Source of the DNA: Rickettsiales bacterium
Lineage (GTDB): Bacteria > Pseudomonadota > Alphaproteobacteria > Rickettsiales > UBA1997
NCBI GenBank assembly: GCA_033763375.1
Contig: JANRKR010000056.1
Span: 1-46,777 of the forward strand
DNA: 46,777 nt
Reading direction: 5' to 3'
Shown here: positions 1 to 11,029 of the stretch, one piece after another
How positions within the stretch are numbered: the stretch's first letter is position 1
Layout: every line of letters begins with the position of its first letter
Position numbers and translations under genes: made by a program
Notes under the pieces: model-generated
What the model was told of the DNA's origin: nothing
What the model saw: only the letters and a program-made list of their open reading frames with translations
Database searches by the model: none

Positions 1-2
1 AT

Positions 3-1757
3 TTAGGTTTGCAAGATAAGCTTGCTAAAAAAATCGCTAATGAAAATTCGATGAATTATTCATCAAATTTTCTAACTCAAAAAGTTAACAGAACTATTGA
101 AAAAAACGCCAAAGCTCTGGTTTTGACTGATGATGAAAAAAAATTAATCGCTGGTAAAGAAAAAGAACGTTCTCGCGCTCTTGGTCAAGATATCTTTTAT
201 CCCAATTACTACGAAAATTTGGAAAAAACTCTAAATATTGATCTGCCGCTGGCTTCGTTTAAAGGCGTATCTTTTTTAAATAAGTCGCCAAATGAAATTT
301 CTGTCACTTTCAACGACAGCACCAACAATATTGCTTATATTCACATTCCTGGCACAAATCAGGCTTATGTGCGGGCGCAATTGTGCAAGCAAGATGGTCC
401 AATGACAGTTTGTGAAAATGGTAAAAAAGTAATCAAAGAATATAAAAAAGGCGATGTGGTTATTGATAGTGAAACAATTTTTCACTATGTTCCAACCATG
501 ATAAAAGATAAAAACGGCAATCCAACTTTAGTTCAGCAAGTTGGAGTTGATGGAAAGCCGCTTTATGAATATAGACCAGTTGGGCTTGAAGATACATATT
601 CACAAACTGCTGGCAACTTATTATCGAAAGGTGCTGATACTATTTTAGGTATTGCCAGCCTTGGTCTTCTTTCATCAGGAAGAGATACTAAATCACGCAT
701 AAAGCGCGAATTTGGTTTGGATGATTACGAACATGTTGTAAAAAGATATAAAGATATAAAAGTTTTGGCGGTTGCTACTAACGAAAATGGTGAAAGATCA
801 GTTGCCACACTTCATGACGGTAAAGCTGTAAATCATTCAGTTTTGGGCAGAGAAGAAGTTAAAGTTGTTGACGCTCCTGAACCAATGAATGTTAATAAAG
901 ATTTGCTTGGCATTAGAGCTGATAAAGATTCTAACGGCGCAGAAATCAAATTTGTTTTTGATGAAAAGGGTAATTTAAAAGATGATGGCAATCTTTGCAC
1001 AATAGAAGCCAAGAATAGTTCCAAGGATTTTTATGGATATGGTCGCTATGTTAGTTGTGATAATTTTAAAATTGGTCAACTACAATTATTTGCCAAGGTT
1101 GGAGTTATTACCGGTGAAGGATCAGTTTTAAACCATTCAGGAATTTCTTCCGCAAGAGATGGAGATATATTTTTCAAACAAAATCTTTATTACACAAATC
1201 CAGCCAATCCAAATGAAAAGCTTCCAATGTTTAAGAATGATGGATCTTTCAAAGATTTAAGTGCTGATTTTTTGAAATATTGTCGAGATAATGGAATTCA
1301 ACTTACAGCTAAAGATATAGCAAATCTGGTTTATAATTTTCAGAATAATTTTAGTGCAGCAGTTTCTGTAGAAATTGAGAAGCCAAAAGATATACAAGAA
1401 TTCGATGGTTCCAATATTTCTCGTACAAAGTATCAATTACAATCCATAAACGCGCCAATGGTTGTAAGGCCAGGCAAAGCTGTTGAAAATGATGTATCTT
1501 TGAAAGAAGATTTATTGACCTTGCGCGCAAACACAATTGCAGCAAGTGCAGCTTCAAGAACAACGCCTGATTTTAGTAATTTAAAAGAATTAAATACCCA
1601 AGTTACTAATATCAAAAACTATAAAAACTTATCGGCAGAAAGAAAAGCTAAACCAGTTAGCGCTGCTTTTGGTCTTTTAGGTAAACCAAATACTGATTTT
1701 AAACCAACTGGAGCTGAACTTCTTAAAGCATCTGCAGAACGTCGTCAACATGTTTGA
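3..1757 (+). CDS. Hypothetical protein, 5'-truncated by the window edge (at least 582 aa)
   Basis: Long ORF whose frame stays open to the window start; its stop overlaps the mnmG start by 8 bp; no family motif recognised. Confidence 0.75.
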   Translation, partial: LGLQDKLAKKIANENSMNYSSNFLTQKVNRTIEKNAKALVLTDDEKKLIAGKEKERSRALGQDIFYPNYYENLEKTLNIDLPLASFKGVSFLNKSPNEISVTFNDSTNNIAYIHIPGTNQAYVRAQLCKQDGPMTVCENGKKVIKEYKKGDVVIDSETIFHYVPTMIKDKNGNPTLVQQVGVDGKPLYEYRPVGLEDTYSQTAGNLLSKGADTILGIASLGLLSSGRDTKSRIKREFGLDDYEHVVKRYKDIKVLAVATNENGERSVATLHDGKAVNHSVLGREEVKVVDAPEPMNVNKDLLGIRADKDSNGAEIKFVFDEKGNLKDDGNLCTIEAKNSSKDFYGYGRYVSCDNFKIGQLQLFAKVGVITGEGSVLNHSGISSARDGDIFFKQNLYYTNPANPNEKLPMFKNDGSFKDLSADFLKYCRDNGIQLTAKDIANLVYNFQNNFSAAVSVEIEKPKDIQEFDGSNISRTKYQLQSINAPMVVRPGKAVENDVSLKEDLLTLRANTIAASAASRTTPDFSNLKELNTQVTNIKNYKNLSAERKAKPVSAAFGLLGKPNTDFKPTGAELLKASAERRQHV

Positions 1758-3639
1758 GAAATTTGATGTAATTGTTATTGGTGGCGGACATGCTGGCGTT
1801 GAGGCAGCTTGCGCTGCGGCGCGAGTTGGTTCTGAAGTTTTATTGATTACTAAATCGCCACAAAATCTTGGTGAGATGTCTTGCAATCCTGCAATCGGTG
1901 GCGTTGCCAAAGGAACAATTGTTAAAGAAATTGATGCGCTCGATGGAATAATGGCAAAAGCAATTGATGAAGCCGGAATTCACTTTCGTATTTTAAACGC
2001 TTCCAAAGGTGCCGCAGTTCATTCGCCCAGAGCGCAAGCTGATCGCAAGCTTTACAAAAAAGCCATCAACAAAATTTTACAAAATTATCCTAATCTTAAA
2101 ATTATTTTTGGTGCGGTTGAAGATATCGCTGTTGTTGATGGTAAAGTTGAGGCGTTAATTTTGGCTGACGGAAAAAAATTTTTTTGCAAAAACATTATCC
2201 TAACTACCGGAACATTCTTGCGTGGCATGATTCACATTGGTGATCAAAAAACGCCAGCGGGAAGAGTTGGTGAAGCGCCATCACACGGAATTTCAAAAAC
2301 TTTAGAACAACATAATTTTATTTTAGGGCGTCTTAAAACCGGAACGCCACCTAGAATTTTAAAAAGCTCAATTGATTTTTCAAAACTTGAAGAACAGCCA
2401 GGCGATAATCCGCCGCAGCCATTTTCTTATTTAAATGATGAAATTAAAGTGGCGCAAATCTCTTGTTTTATAACTTATACCAATATCAAAACTCATCAGA
2501 TTATCAAAAATAATTTAGATAAATCGGCGATGTATGGCGGATATATTTCTGGCGTTGGTCCAAGATATTGCCCGTCAATTGAAGATAAAGTTCATCGTTT
2601 TTTTGATAAAGATCGTCATCAAATTTTTTTAGAACCAGAAGGTTTGGAAAGTGATTTAATTTATCCAAATGGCATTTCTACCTCGCTGCCGCTTAATGTA
2701 CAAATTGAATTTTTGCACACAATTCCCGGTTTAGAAAATTGTCAAGTTACGCAAGCTGGCTATGCTATTGAATATGATTTTGTTGATCCGCGCCAATTAT
2801 TACCAACGCTGGAAACTAAAAAAATTCGTGGTTTGTTTTTTGCTGGACAAATCAATGGAACAACTGGTTATGAAGAAGCGGCAGGACAAGGAATTGTCGC
2901 TGGAATTAACGCCGCGCTGCGTAGTAAAAATTCTCAAGAAGAATTTATTTTAGATCGATCAGAAAGTTATATTGGCGTAATGATTGATGATTTAACCACA
3001 TTTGGAACTTCTGAACCTTATCGTATGTTGACTTCGCGTGCGGAATATCGTTTAAGTTTGCGTGCTGATAATGCTGATTTACGTTTGACTGAAAAAGGCA
3101 TCAAATTTGGTTGTGTTGGTTTTGAGCGTGCTGAAATTTTTAAAAATAAAAAAGAAAAAATTCTGCAAGCGACAGAATTTTTACAAGAGCTGAAAATTTC
3201 ACCAAATAAATTAAGTAATTTTGGCGTTACGATTAAGCAAGATGGAGTTGTGCGCAACGCCTTACAATTATTATCTTTTCCTGAAATAAATTTTGACGTT
3301 TTAGAAAAAATCTGGCCACAAATTGCCAAAGAAAATTCTCGAATTGGGGCGAGGTTAAAAAATCAAATTGCAATCAATGCAATTTACAGTTCTTACTTGC
3401 AACGCCAAGAACAAGATTTACAGATTTTTCGTAAAGAAGAAAACATGAAAATTCCTCTTGATCTTGACTATAACAACATCCAAAGTCTTTCTAGTGAAGT
3501 AAAAGAAAAGCTTGGCAAGTGGCGTCCAGCAACGATTGGTGCCGCTTCCAAAATTCAAGGAATCACTCCTGCAGCAATTATGGCAGTGATGATTTATGTC
3601 AAAAATAATTCTGTTAAAAATTTTAGAGAAAATAAATAA
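1750..3639 (+). CDS. mnmG: tRNA uridine 5-carboxymethylaminomethyl modification enzyme MnmG (GidA)
   Basis: [19 protein letters not shown]-binding start, [53 protein letters not shown]. Confidence 0.98.
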   Translation: MFEKFDVIVIGGGHAGVEAACAAARVGSEVLLITKSPQNLGEMSCNPAIGGVAKGTIVKEIDALDGIMAKAIDEAGIHFRILNASKGAAVHSPRAQADRKLYKKAINKILQNYPNLKIIFGAVEDIAVVDGKVEALILADGKKFFCKNIILTTGTFLRGMIHIGDQKTPAGRVGEAPSHGISKTLEQHNFILGRLKTGTPPRILKSSIDFSKLEEQPGDNPPQPFSYLNDEIKVAQISCFITYTNIKTHQIIKNNLDKSAMYGGYISGVGPRYCPSIEDKVHRFFDKDRHQIFLEPEGLESDLIYPNGISTSLPLNVQIEFLHTIPGLENCQVTQAGYAIEYDFVDPRQLLPTLETKKIRGLFFAGQINGTTGYEEAAGQGIVAGINAALRSKNSQEEFILDRSESYIGVMIDDLTTFGTSEPYRMLTSRAEYRLSLRADNADLRLTEKGIKFGCVGFERAEIFKNKKEKILQATEFLQELKISPNKLSNFGVTIKQDGVVRNALQLLSFPEINFDVLEKIWPQIAKENSRIGARLKNQIAINAIYSSYLQRQEQDLQIFRKEENMKIPLDLDYNNIQSLSSEVKEKLGKWRPATIGAASKIQGITPAAIMAVMIYVKNNSVKNFRENK

Positions 3640-3642
3640 TCA

Positions 3643-4572
3643 ATGATTGCCGATTTCTTCAAATGTAACTTTTTTGGTAACCTTTTTAGTGGCAAGATTT
3701 TCGGTGACATTTTTTTTAGTGACAATTTTTTTAAATATCGCAGTTTCTTATTATTTTTTGTTTTTATTTTAGCTGCAGATATTTCCCATGCTGATCAAAG
3801 CTACGTCGATAATCCTCAATTAGTTCAAGAAATTGAAAAAACCTTACTTTTTGACAAAGATTCGCGTCAGCAAATTGATTTTTATAAGCCAAAAAAAAAT
3901 CAAAAAAAATCTGATATTGTCATTGATCGTGGCGATAAATCCTTTAATGCTGAATCGTCAGTTAAAATTATAGTTGTTGATCCAAAAACATCAGATAGTG
4001 AAATCAGAGAAAAAGAAAAGTTAGCTTATAATTCAGCCTTGATTGGTCAATATGAAGTTGCAATTGAGCTTTACAAGCAAGTTTTAAATGCCGAGCCAGA
4101 TAATTATTATGCCAAATTTTCTTTGGCGGTGGTTTATCAAAAATTGGGTCAATATCGTCAGGCGAAAACCGCTTATTATCAATTATTAAAAGCTGATGTT
4201 GATAACAAAGAAGAAATTATTGGAAACCTATTAGCAATTCTGGTTGATGAATCTCCTAAAGATGCGCTATATCTGCTTTCAAGACTTACTATTGAAAATC
4301 CTAAATCTTCTTACATTTTAGCTCAGGCTGCTTTGGCTTACGACAAAGCAAAAAATTACGATCAGGCAATTATATTGCTTAAAAAAGCGATAATTTATGA
4401 TGATAAACGCCCTGATTATAAATATAATTTGGCGGTGATTTATGACAAAATCGCTGACTACTCCAGCGCTCTTTCTCTATATTCAGAAGTTTTGAAAAAC
4501 AGCGATGGTTCTGATCAGTCAATTCCTGTTGATCAAATAAAAAAGCGCATTGAATTTATTAGAAAAAAATAA
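3643..4572 (+). CDS. Exported tetratricopeptide-repeat protein (true start possibly downstream)
   Basis: Hydrophobic segment FLLFFVFILAADISHA followed by TPR-like helices (AIELYKQVLNAEPDNYYAKFSLAVVYQKLG; YKYNLAVIYDKIADYSSA); directly upstream of pilT. Confidence 0.75.
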   Translation: MIADFFKCNFFGNLFSGKIFGDIFFSDNFFKYRSFLLFFVFILAADISHADQSYVDNPQLVQEIEKTLLFDKDSRQQIDFYKPKKNQKKSDIVIDRGDKSFNAESSVKIIVVDPKTSDSEIREKEKLAYNSALIGQYEVAIELYKQVLNAEPDNYYAKFSLAVVYQKLGQYRQAKTAYYQLLKADVDNKEEIIGNLLAILVDESPKDALYLLSRLTIENPKSSYILAQAALAYDKAKNYDQAIILLKKAIIYDDKRPDYKYNLAVIYDKIADYSSALSLYSEVLKNSDGSDQSIPVDQIKKRIEFIRKK

Positions 4573-4586
4573 AATAAAGGTTCCAA

Positions 4587-5642
4587 ATGATTATTGAAAA
4601 AATTTTAGCTTTCGACATCGAAAAAATTCTATCTTACGCCAAAAAGCAAGGTTGTTCGGATGTCCATATTTCTACAAATGCTGTTCCTATTGTCAGAATT
4701 GACGGCGATATGATACCAATTCCTGGCATGACGGTTTTAAATAAAGACCAAGTTCGAGAAATGATTTATTCGGTTATGACCGAGCCACAAAAAAAGATTT
4801 ATGAACAAAAATTAGAATTAGATTTTTCTATTCAAGTTGGTGAAGATTTACGTTTTCGTGTCAATGCTTTTAGAACGATTGCCGGTCCTGCAGCGGCTTT
4901 TCGTGAAATTCCAAATGTAGTAAGAACTCTTTCCGACCTTCATGTTCCAGAAGCGGTTCGTACTTTAACCAAACTTACTAAAGGTTTGATTTTAGTTGTT
5001 GGACCTACAGGAAGCGGCAAATCAACTACTCTTTCTGCTTTAATTGATCAAATTAATGTTACTCAAGATGTTCACATCATAACTATCGAAGATCCGGTAG
5101 AATTTGTTCACAAAAATAAAAAGTCTCTGGTTAATCAGCGCGAAGTTGGCAGCAGCACTTTATCATTTTCAAACGCTTTGCGCAGCGCCTTGCGTGAAGA
5201 TCCTGACGTTATTTTGGTTGGCGAATTGCGCGATGTTGAAACAATTCAATTAGCTCTTACCGCAGCTGAAACCGGTCATTTGGTATTGGCAACTTTACAC
5301 ACTAGTTCTGCTGCTCAAACTATTAATCGTATTATCGATGTTTTTCCGGCGGAAGATAAACCAGTTATTCGCAGTATTTTATCATCTTCAATAAAGGCAG
5401 TAGTTTCGCAAAGATTGGTCAAAAAAATTGGCGGTGGTAGATGCGCTATTTTTGAAGTTATGATTGCTAATTCCTCAATTCGTAACTTGATTCGCGAAGA
5501 TAAAATTCCTCAAATTAATTCAATTATGGAATTAGGTAAAAAGGCTGGAATGTGCACGATGAAAGATTCAATTAATGAACTTTTAGAAAGAGGTTTTATT
5601 TCAACAGAAGTTGCTCAAGAAGCTTCAACTGCCAGCGAATAA
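4587..5642 (+). CDS. pilT: Type IV pilus retraction ATPase PilT
   Basis: SDVHIS, RFRVNAF, Walker A GPTGSGKST, ITIEDPVEF, NQREVG, LREDPDVILVGELRD, AETGHLVLATLHT, and IRNLIRE (AIRNLIRE-type PilT motif). Confidence 0.93.
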   Translation: MIIEKILAFDIEKILSYAKKQGCSDVHISTNAVPIVRIDGDMIPIPGMTVLNKDQVREMIYSVMTEPQKKIYEQKLELDFSIQVGEDLRFRVNAFRTIAGPAAAFREIPNVVRTLSDLHVPEAVRTLTKLTKGLILVVGPTGSGKSTTLSALIDQINVTQDVHIITIEDPVEFVHKNKKSLVNQREVGSSTLSFSNALRSALREDPDVILVGELRDVETIQLALTAAETGHLVLATLHTSSAAQTINRIIDVFPAEDKPVIRSILSSSIKAVVSQRLVKKIGGGRCAIFEVMIANSSIRNLIREDKIPQINSIMELGKKAGMCTMKDSINELLERGFISTEVAQEASTASE

Positions 5643-5796
5643 AGCTCTGTCATAATCTTCTGTCTTTGATTAGCGAAATTGTCTTGTGTTGTTTTTGTAG
5701 TCGCCTTGGGCCTTTATAATTATGACGTTCGAATTGAACTAAGAAAGATTACAAAAAGTTTTTTAGCAAAATTAAAACTGATTTTAAAAAAATAAT

Positions 5797-7191
5797 ATGA
5801 ACTCAATATTTAGAGCCAAAATATTTAGAACTAAAAGCATCGAAAGTATTATTGAGGGTGCAAAGAAAAATTCTCTTAAAAAAACTTTAGGATCGATTGA
5901 TTTAATTTTATTTGGTATTGGCTGTACTATTGGTACCGGAATCTTTGTTTTAACTGGAATTGCTGCAGCGCAATATGCTGGTCCGGCAATTGCTATTTCT
6001 TACGTTTTGGCCGGTCTTGCCTGTATGTTTGCGGCTTTAGCTTATACTGAACTTGCGGCGATGGTTCCAGTTGCTGGCAGCGCTTATACTTATTCATATG
6101 CAATTCTTGGTGAATTTGTGGCGTGGTTGGTGGCTTGGGGTTTAATTTTAGAATATACAGTTGCGGCTTCAACCGTTGCTGCTGGCTGGTCAGGATATTT
6201 TATCGGTATATTAAAATCTGGCGATATTATTATTCCCGAGGCTTTAACCAAAGTTCCATCCGATGGCGGTATAATAAATCTGCCGGCAGTTTGCGTAGCT
6301 TTTTTTGTTGGCACTCTTCTTACTTTTGGCACTAAAGAAAGTGTGATGGTTAATCGTATTTTAGTGGCGATAAAACTTGGCGTAATTTTTTTGTTTTTAA
6401 TTATTGCGGCGCCGCACATCAAAATGGAAAACTATACCAATTTTATGCCTTACGGTTGGCACGGTGTTGGCGCTGGTGCTGCGGCAATTTTCTTTGCTTA
6501 TTTAGGTTTTGATGCAGTCGCTACAACTGCCGAAGAATGTAAAAATCCTAATCGCGATTTACCAATTGGCATTATTGGTGGTTTAACAATTTGTGCGATT
6601 TTGTACGTTTTAGTTTCGCTGACGTTGACCGGAATTGTTAATTACACTGAATTAAACAATCCTGAGCCAATGGCTTTTGCGTTGCGCGCCAATGGCAGCA
6701 CAATTGGTTCCGCCTTGGTTGGAACTGGAGCCGTTGCCGGAATGTTAGCGGTTTTGTTGGTTTTAATGTATGGACAATCTCGTGTTTTTTTTGTTATGGC
6801 GCGCGATGGTTTGATGCCATCAGCTTTTTGTAAATTGCATCCAAAATTTGCAACTCCTTACTTAGGTTGTATTTCTGTTACTATTGCCGTGATGGTAATT
6901 TCTGGCTTTACACCAATTCACACTATGGGAAATATGAGTAGTTTAGGAATTCTTTTTGCTTTTGTGGTTGTAGCTTTTGGTGTTTTAGTTTTGCGTTTAA
7001 AAAGACCGGAATTACATCGACCTTTCAAATGTCCGGCAGTTTTTTTAGTAGCGCCAATTGCGATTATTAGTTGTGGATATTTGATGTATAATTTACTTCT
7101 AAAAACCGGCGTTCCTTTTTTAACCTGGTTCACACTTGGCACTATTGTTTACGCTTTATATGGTTATCGCAAAAGTTATCTCAATAAATAA
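5797..7191 (+). CDS. APC-family amino acid permease (cationic amino acid transporter-like), copy 1
   Basis: GIGCTIGTGIFVLTG, AGPA, PVAGSAYTYSY, FFAYLGFDAVATTAEECKNP, SRVFFVMARDGL; many hydrophobic segments. Confidence 0.92.
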   Translation: MNSIFRAKIFRTKSIESIIEGAKKNSLKKTLGSIDLILFGIGCTIGTGIFVLTGIAAAQYAGPAIAISYVLAGLACMFAALAYTELAAMVPVAGSAYTYSYAILGEFVAWLVAWGLILEYTVAASTVAAGWSGYFIGILKSGDIIIPEALTKVPSDGGIINLPAVCVAFFVGTLLTFGTKESVMVNRILVAIKLGVIFLFLIIAAPHIKMENYTNFMPYGWHGVGAGAAAIFFAYLGFDAVATTAEECKNPNRDLPIGIIGGLTICAILYVLVSLTLTGIVNYTELNNPEPMAFALRANGSTIGSALVGTGAVAGMLAVLLVLMYGQSRVFFVMARDGLMPSAFCKLHPKFATPYLGCISVTIAVMVISGFTPIHTMGNMSSLGILFAFVVVAFGVLVLRLKRPELHRPFKCPAVFLVAPIAIISCGYLMYNLLLKTGVPFLTWFTLGTIVYALYGYRKSYLNK

Positions 7192-7199
7192 AATTCCTA

Positions 7200-8603
7200 A
7201 TGTCGCTGCTTCGTAAGAAAACTATTCAAGAAATTTTAGCTAACGCTGAAAAAAACACTCTGAAAAAAACCCTTGGCGCTTTTGATTTGGTGATGATTGG
7301 CATTGGTTGCACCATTGGCACCGGAATTTTTGTCGTAACCGGAATTGCTGCTGCAACCTACGCTGGTCCAGCAATTGCTATTTCTTATTTTTTAGCTGCT
7401 GTTGTCTGTATTTTTGCCGGCTTGGCTTATGCCGAATTAGCATCAATGGTTCCGGTTGCTGGCAGCGCTTACACTTATTCTTACGCTGTTCTTGGTGAAT
7501 TTATTGCCTGGTTAGTTGGTTGGGGTTTGGTTTTAGAATATGCTATTGGCGCTTCCACGGTTGCTTCTGGCTGGTCGGGCTACATGGTTGGAATTTTAAA
7601 ATCGGGCGGCATTTTAATTCCCGAAGCTTTGGCAAACTCGCCGGCAAATGGCGGAATTATTAATTTGCCAGCAGTTTTAATTTCTTTGTTTATTGGCGTT
7701 TTGCTTTTTCGCGGCACTAAAGAAAGCGTTAAATTAAATCGTATTTTAGTGGTCACAAAATTGGGTGTGATCTTTTTATTTTTGGTCATTGCCACGCCAA
7801 TGATTAAGATGGATAATTGGTCAGATTTTACGCCATTTGGCATTAGCGGAATTTTTATTGGTGCGGCAACAGTTTTTTATGCTTATATCGGTTTTGATGC
7901 AGTTGCTACAGCGGCGGAAGAATGTAAAAATCCTAAAAAAGATTTGCCAATTGGTATTATTGTTTCAGCAGCAGTTTGCGCTGTGCTTTATGTGGCAGTT
8001 TCTTTGGTATTAACCGGAATTGTGCGCTATGACACTTTAAATAACGCTGAACCTTTGGCGCGAGCGTTGCGTGAAAATGGCAGTAATATTGGATCAGCTT
8101 TAGTTGCAACTGGCGCAATTGCCGGCATTACCTCGGTTTTATTAATTTTAATTTATGGTCAATCGCGCATTTTTTTTGTGATGGCACGCGATGGATTAAT
8201 TCCACCAGCTTTTTGTAAATTACATAAAAAATTTGCTACACCACATTTTGCCGTAGCTTTTGTTTCGATTGCTGTAGCTTTAATTTCAGGCTTTTTTCCG
8301 CTTAAAACTTTAAGTCACATGACTAGCCTTGGCACTTTGTTTTCTTTTGTAATTGTGGCAATTGGAGTTTTAGTTCTTCGTAGAACCGAGCCAAATTTAC
8401 CGCGCAATTTTAAATGTCCGGCGGCTTATTTTACTGTTCCTGTTGCTGTAATAAGTTGTGGCTATCTGATTTATAATTTGTTGATCGAAAATGGAATCTA
8501 CTTCTCAATTTGGACTATAATTGGTCTGATCATTTACTTTGGCTATAGTTATAAAAATAGTCCGCTTGGAAAAGCTAATTATAGCATATCCCATCTTAAA
8601 TGA
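7200..8603 (+). CDS. APC-family amino acid permease, copy 2 (tandem paralogue)
   Basis: Same motif set as copy 1 (GIGCTIGTGIFVVTG, PVAGSAYTYSY, YAYIGFDAVATAAEECKNP); 8-bp gap from copy 1. Confidence 0.92.
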   Translation: MSLLRKKTIQEILANAEKNTLKKTLGAFDLVMIGIGCTIGTGIFVVTGIAAATYAGPAIAISYFLAAVVCIFAGLAYAELASMVPVAGSAYTYSYAVLGEFIAWLVGWGLVLEYAIGASTVASGWSGYMVGILKSGGILIPEALANSPANGGIINLPAVLISLFIGVLLFRGTKESVKLNRILVVTKLGVIFLFLVIATPMIKMDNWSDFTPFGISGIFIGAATVFYAYIGFDAVATAAEECKNPKKDLPIGIIVSAAVCAVLYVAVSLVLTGIVRYDTLNNAEPLARALRENGSNIGSALVATGAIAGITSVLLILIYGQSRIFFVMARDGLIPPAFCKLHKKFATPHFAVAFVSIAVALISGFFPLKTLSHMTSLGTLFSFVIVAIGVLVLRRTEPNLPRNFKCPAAYFTVPVAVISCGYLIYNLLIENGIYFSIWTIIGLIIYFGYSYKNSPLGKANYSISHLK

Positions 8604-8645
8604 TGCAATTGAATTTTTCTAAGACTCAATCTTTATAGCACGTAT

Positions 8646-8887
8646 ATTTGAGGCGATTATCCCAAAAAGCACAACCAGCCCCGTCATGAAGACGGGGTGA
8701 CAAAGTCGTGAAGACGGGGGACAGTGTGGCTAGATCTTAACCAAGATTGTCACCCCGTCTTACTCTTTTCATCTCTTTTACTCTTGTCACTCCTTCTTGC
8801 TCTTGTAACTCCGTCTTACTCTTTTCATCTTTTTTAATCTTGTCACACCCCTTTTTACTCTTGTCACCCCGTCGCATGACGGGGTCC
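8646..8887. repeat. REP/RPE-4-like composite palindromic element with an internal degenerate tandem array
   Basis: Hairpins CCCCGTC-ATGAA-GACGGGG (8679-8697) and ACCCCGTC-GCAT-GACGGGGT (8866-8885), each with a TGTCA foot in opposite orientations; six 18-21 bp units resembling TTGTCACCCCGTCTTACTC (8747-8860); related copy at 43307-43460; lies between convergent genes. Confidence 0.8.
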
Positions 8888-8941
8888 ATTTACTTATAAA
8901 TTAGAACAAAAAACCATTAACGTGTTAGTCCGTTTATCTTT

Positions 8942-9397
8942 TTAAATTGATTTTGCGGCGTTGCCAGCTAGCTGATCCGCCACTTCGTTGTAATAGTTAC
9001 CATCATGTCCTTTTACCCAAATCCAAGTAGTTTGATGTTTAGTAACTTCCAAATCTAATTCTTGCCATAAATCAATATTTTTTATAGGCTTTTTATTGGC
9101 GCCTTTCCAGCCGTTTTTTTTCCAGTTTGCAATCCATTTGCTGATGCCATCCATAACATATTTACTATCGGTGTAAATTTTTACTTCCGTTGGTTTTTTT
9201 AAAAGTCGCAATGCCTCGATTGCGGCGCGCAATTCCATGCGATTATTGGTGGTGTTTGATTCAGATCCGGAAATTTCTTTGCGATGTTCTTTGTAAAGCA
9301 AAACGGCGCCAAAGCCGCCATTTCCTGGGTTTCCTAAGCAAGCGCCATCAGTATAAATTTCAACCACTGTTTTTGGCGAAGCTTTTAAATTAATCAT
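8942..9397 (-). CDS. rnhA: Ribonuclease HI
   Basis: [50 protein letters not shown]. Confidence 0.97.
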   Translation of the reverse strand: MINLKASPKTVVEIYTDGACLGNPGNGGFGAVLLYKEHRKEISGSESNTTNNRMELRAAIEALRLLKKPTEVKIYTDSKYVMDGISKWIANWKKNGWKGANKKPIKNIDLWQELDLEVTKHQTTWIWVKGHDGNYYNEVADQLAGNAAKSI

Positions 9398-10203
9398 GCT
9401 AATTTTTTAGATTGATCAATTGCGGCATTAAGCGCTTTTTTAAAAAGATTTTTTAAGGCAGAATTTTTTTGTAAAATTTTAAGTGCCGCTTCAGTTGTGC
9501 CGCCTTTGGAAGTAACATCTTGACGCAGATTTTCAAAATCAATTTCAGAATTGCATGACATCAAAGCGCTGCCCAAAAACAGTTGTTTGGTTAATTCCAA
9601 AGCTTGCTCTTTTTTGATTTTATGACTTTGGGCAATTTCATAAAAAATTTCTTGTAATAAAAATATGTAAGCCGGACCAGAGCCAAAAATTGCTGTGATA
9701 ACGTTAAATAAATTCTCACTTTCTAATTCAATAATTGCGCCAAATTTATTGAAGATTTTTTCTAATTTTTTTAACTCAAGTTTTTTGATATTTTGATTAC
9801 AAAGATAAGCAAAAATACCTTGAGAATATTGGGTTGGCAAGTTTGGCATTGCTCTGACAATTTTAGCTTTTTTGCCAAAAATTTTTTCAAAAAAAGTAAT
9901 TTTTTTGCCAGCTAAAATTGAAATGAAAATAGTGTTGGAGTGAAAAATTTTATTGTTAGCAAATTGAGCTAGAACTTTAGCGCTTTCTTGTGGTTTGATT
10001 GTTAAGAAAACTAAATCAGCTTGATAATTTTTAGGAAGTTGACCGGCATCTTTAAAGCATTTTATTTCAGCGGAAAAACTTTTTTTATTTGTAGGTTTTA
10101 TAACTTTAATTTCAGAGGCGAGGGCGCTTTTTTCTTCAATTAAATTATGAAGTAAAATTGCACCCATTTTGCCGCAACCTAAAAATAAAATATTTTGTTT
10201 CAT
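9394..10203 (-). CDS. proC: Pyrroline-5-carboxylate reductase
   Basis: [41 protein letters not shown]. Confidence 0.93.
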   Translation of the reverse strand: MKQNILFLGCGKMGAILLHNLIEEKSALASEIKVIKPTNKKSFSAEIKCFKDAGQLPKNYQADLVFLTIKPQESAKVLAQFANNKIFHSNTIFISILAGKKITFFEKIFGKKAKIVRAMPNLPTQYSQGIFAYLCNQNIKKLELKKLEKIFNKFGAIIELESENLFNVITAIFGSGPAYIFLLQEIFYEIAQSHKIKKEQALELTKQLFLGSALMSCNSEIDFENLRQDVTSKGGTTEAALKILQKNSALKNLFKKALNAAIDQSKKLA

Positions 10204-10208
10204 TATGT

Positions 10209-11006
10209 TTAAGCTTTGCGATCGGCAATTGCTTGCTTAATTTCAGCAATTGCTTTTGCTGGATTCAAGCCTTTTGGACAAGCATTGGCACAGTTCATAA
10301 TTGTATGACAACGATAAAGTTTGAAAGGATCTTCAAGTGCGTCAAGCCTTTCTTCGGTAGCTTCATCGCGTGAATCAGCAATCCAACGTTGTGCTTGTAA
10401 TAAAATTGCTGGTCCTAAATATTTATCAGAATTCCACCAATAGCTTGGGCAAGAAGTTGAACAGCAAGCGCACATAATACATTCATAAAGCCCGTCGAGT
10501 TTTTCGCGATCTTTAGGAGATTGTAATCTTTCTTTATTTGGATTTTGTGGCGCTTCAGCTTGCAGCCAAGGTTTGATTGATTTATGCTGTTCGTAAAAGT
10601 GAGTTAAATCAGGAACCAAATCTTTAATGACCGGCATGTGCGGCAATGGATAGATTTTTACATTAATGCTTTTGCAATCTGAAACTGCTTTTGTGCAAGC
10701 TAATGTATTGGTGCCGTCAATATTCATGGCGCACGAGCCGCAAATTCCTTCGCGACAAGATCTGCGAAAAGTAAGTGATGAATCATAATCAGATTTAATT
10801 TTGATCAGCGCGTCCAAAACCATTGGTCCGCAATCATCAAGATCAATTTCAAATTTATCGATATGCGGATTTTTTTTCTCAATATCTTCTGGATCATAAC
10901 GATAAACTTCAAAAATGCGGACATTTTTTGCACCAGCTTTGGCTTTAAAAATTTTACCAGCTTTTTTGTCAATTTGTGAATTTTTTGGAAGTGTAATTTC
11001 TGCCAT
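10209..11006 (-). CDS. sdhB: Succinate dehydrogenase iron-sulfur subunit
   Basis: [51 protein letters not shown]. Confidence 0.98.
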   Translation of the reverse strand: MAEITLPKNSQIDKKAGKIFKAKAGAKNVRIFEVYRYDPEDIEKKNPHIDKFEIDLDDCGPMVLDALIKIKSDYDSSLTFRRSCREGICGSCAMNIDGTNTLACTKAVSDCKSINVKIYPLPHMPVIKDLVPDLTHFYEQHKSIKPWLQAEAPQNPNKERLQSPKDREKLDGLYECIMCACCSTSCPSYWWNSDKYLGPAILLQAQRWIADSRDEATEERLDALEDPFKLYRCHTIMNCANACPKGLNPAKAIAEIKQAIADRKA

Positions 11007-11029
11007 AAATTTTTTAAGTAATAAATTAA

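Noticed and set aside
3891-3909. Poly-A tracts as phase-variation sites
   Set aside because: A/T runs of this length are common throughout this AT-rich window and the frame is intact.
8747-8860. Possible mini-CRISPR array
   Set aside because: Units are 18-21 bp, degenerate and directly adjacent with no unique spacers; no cas genes in the window.
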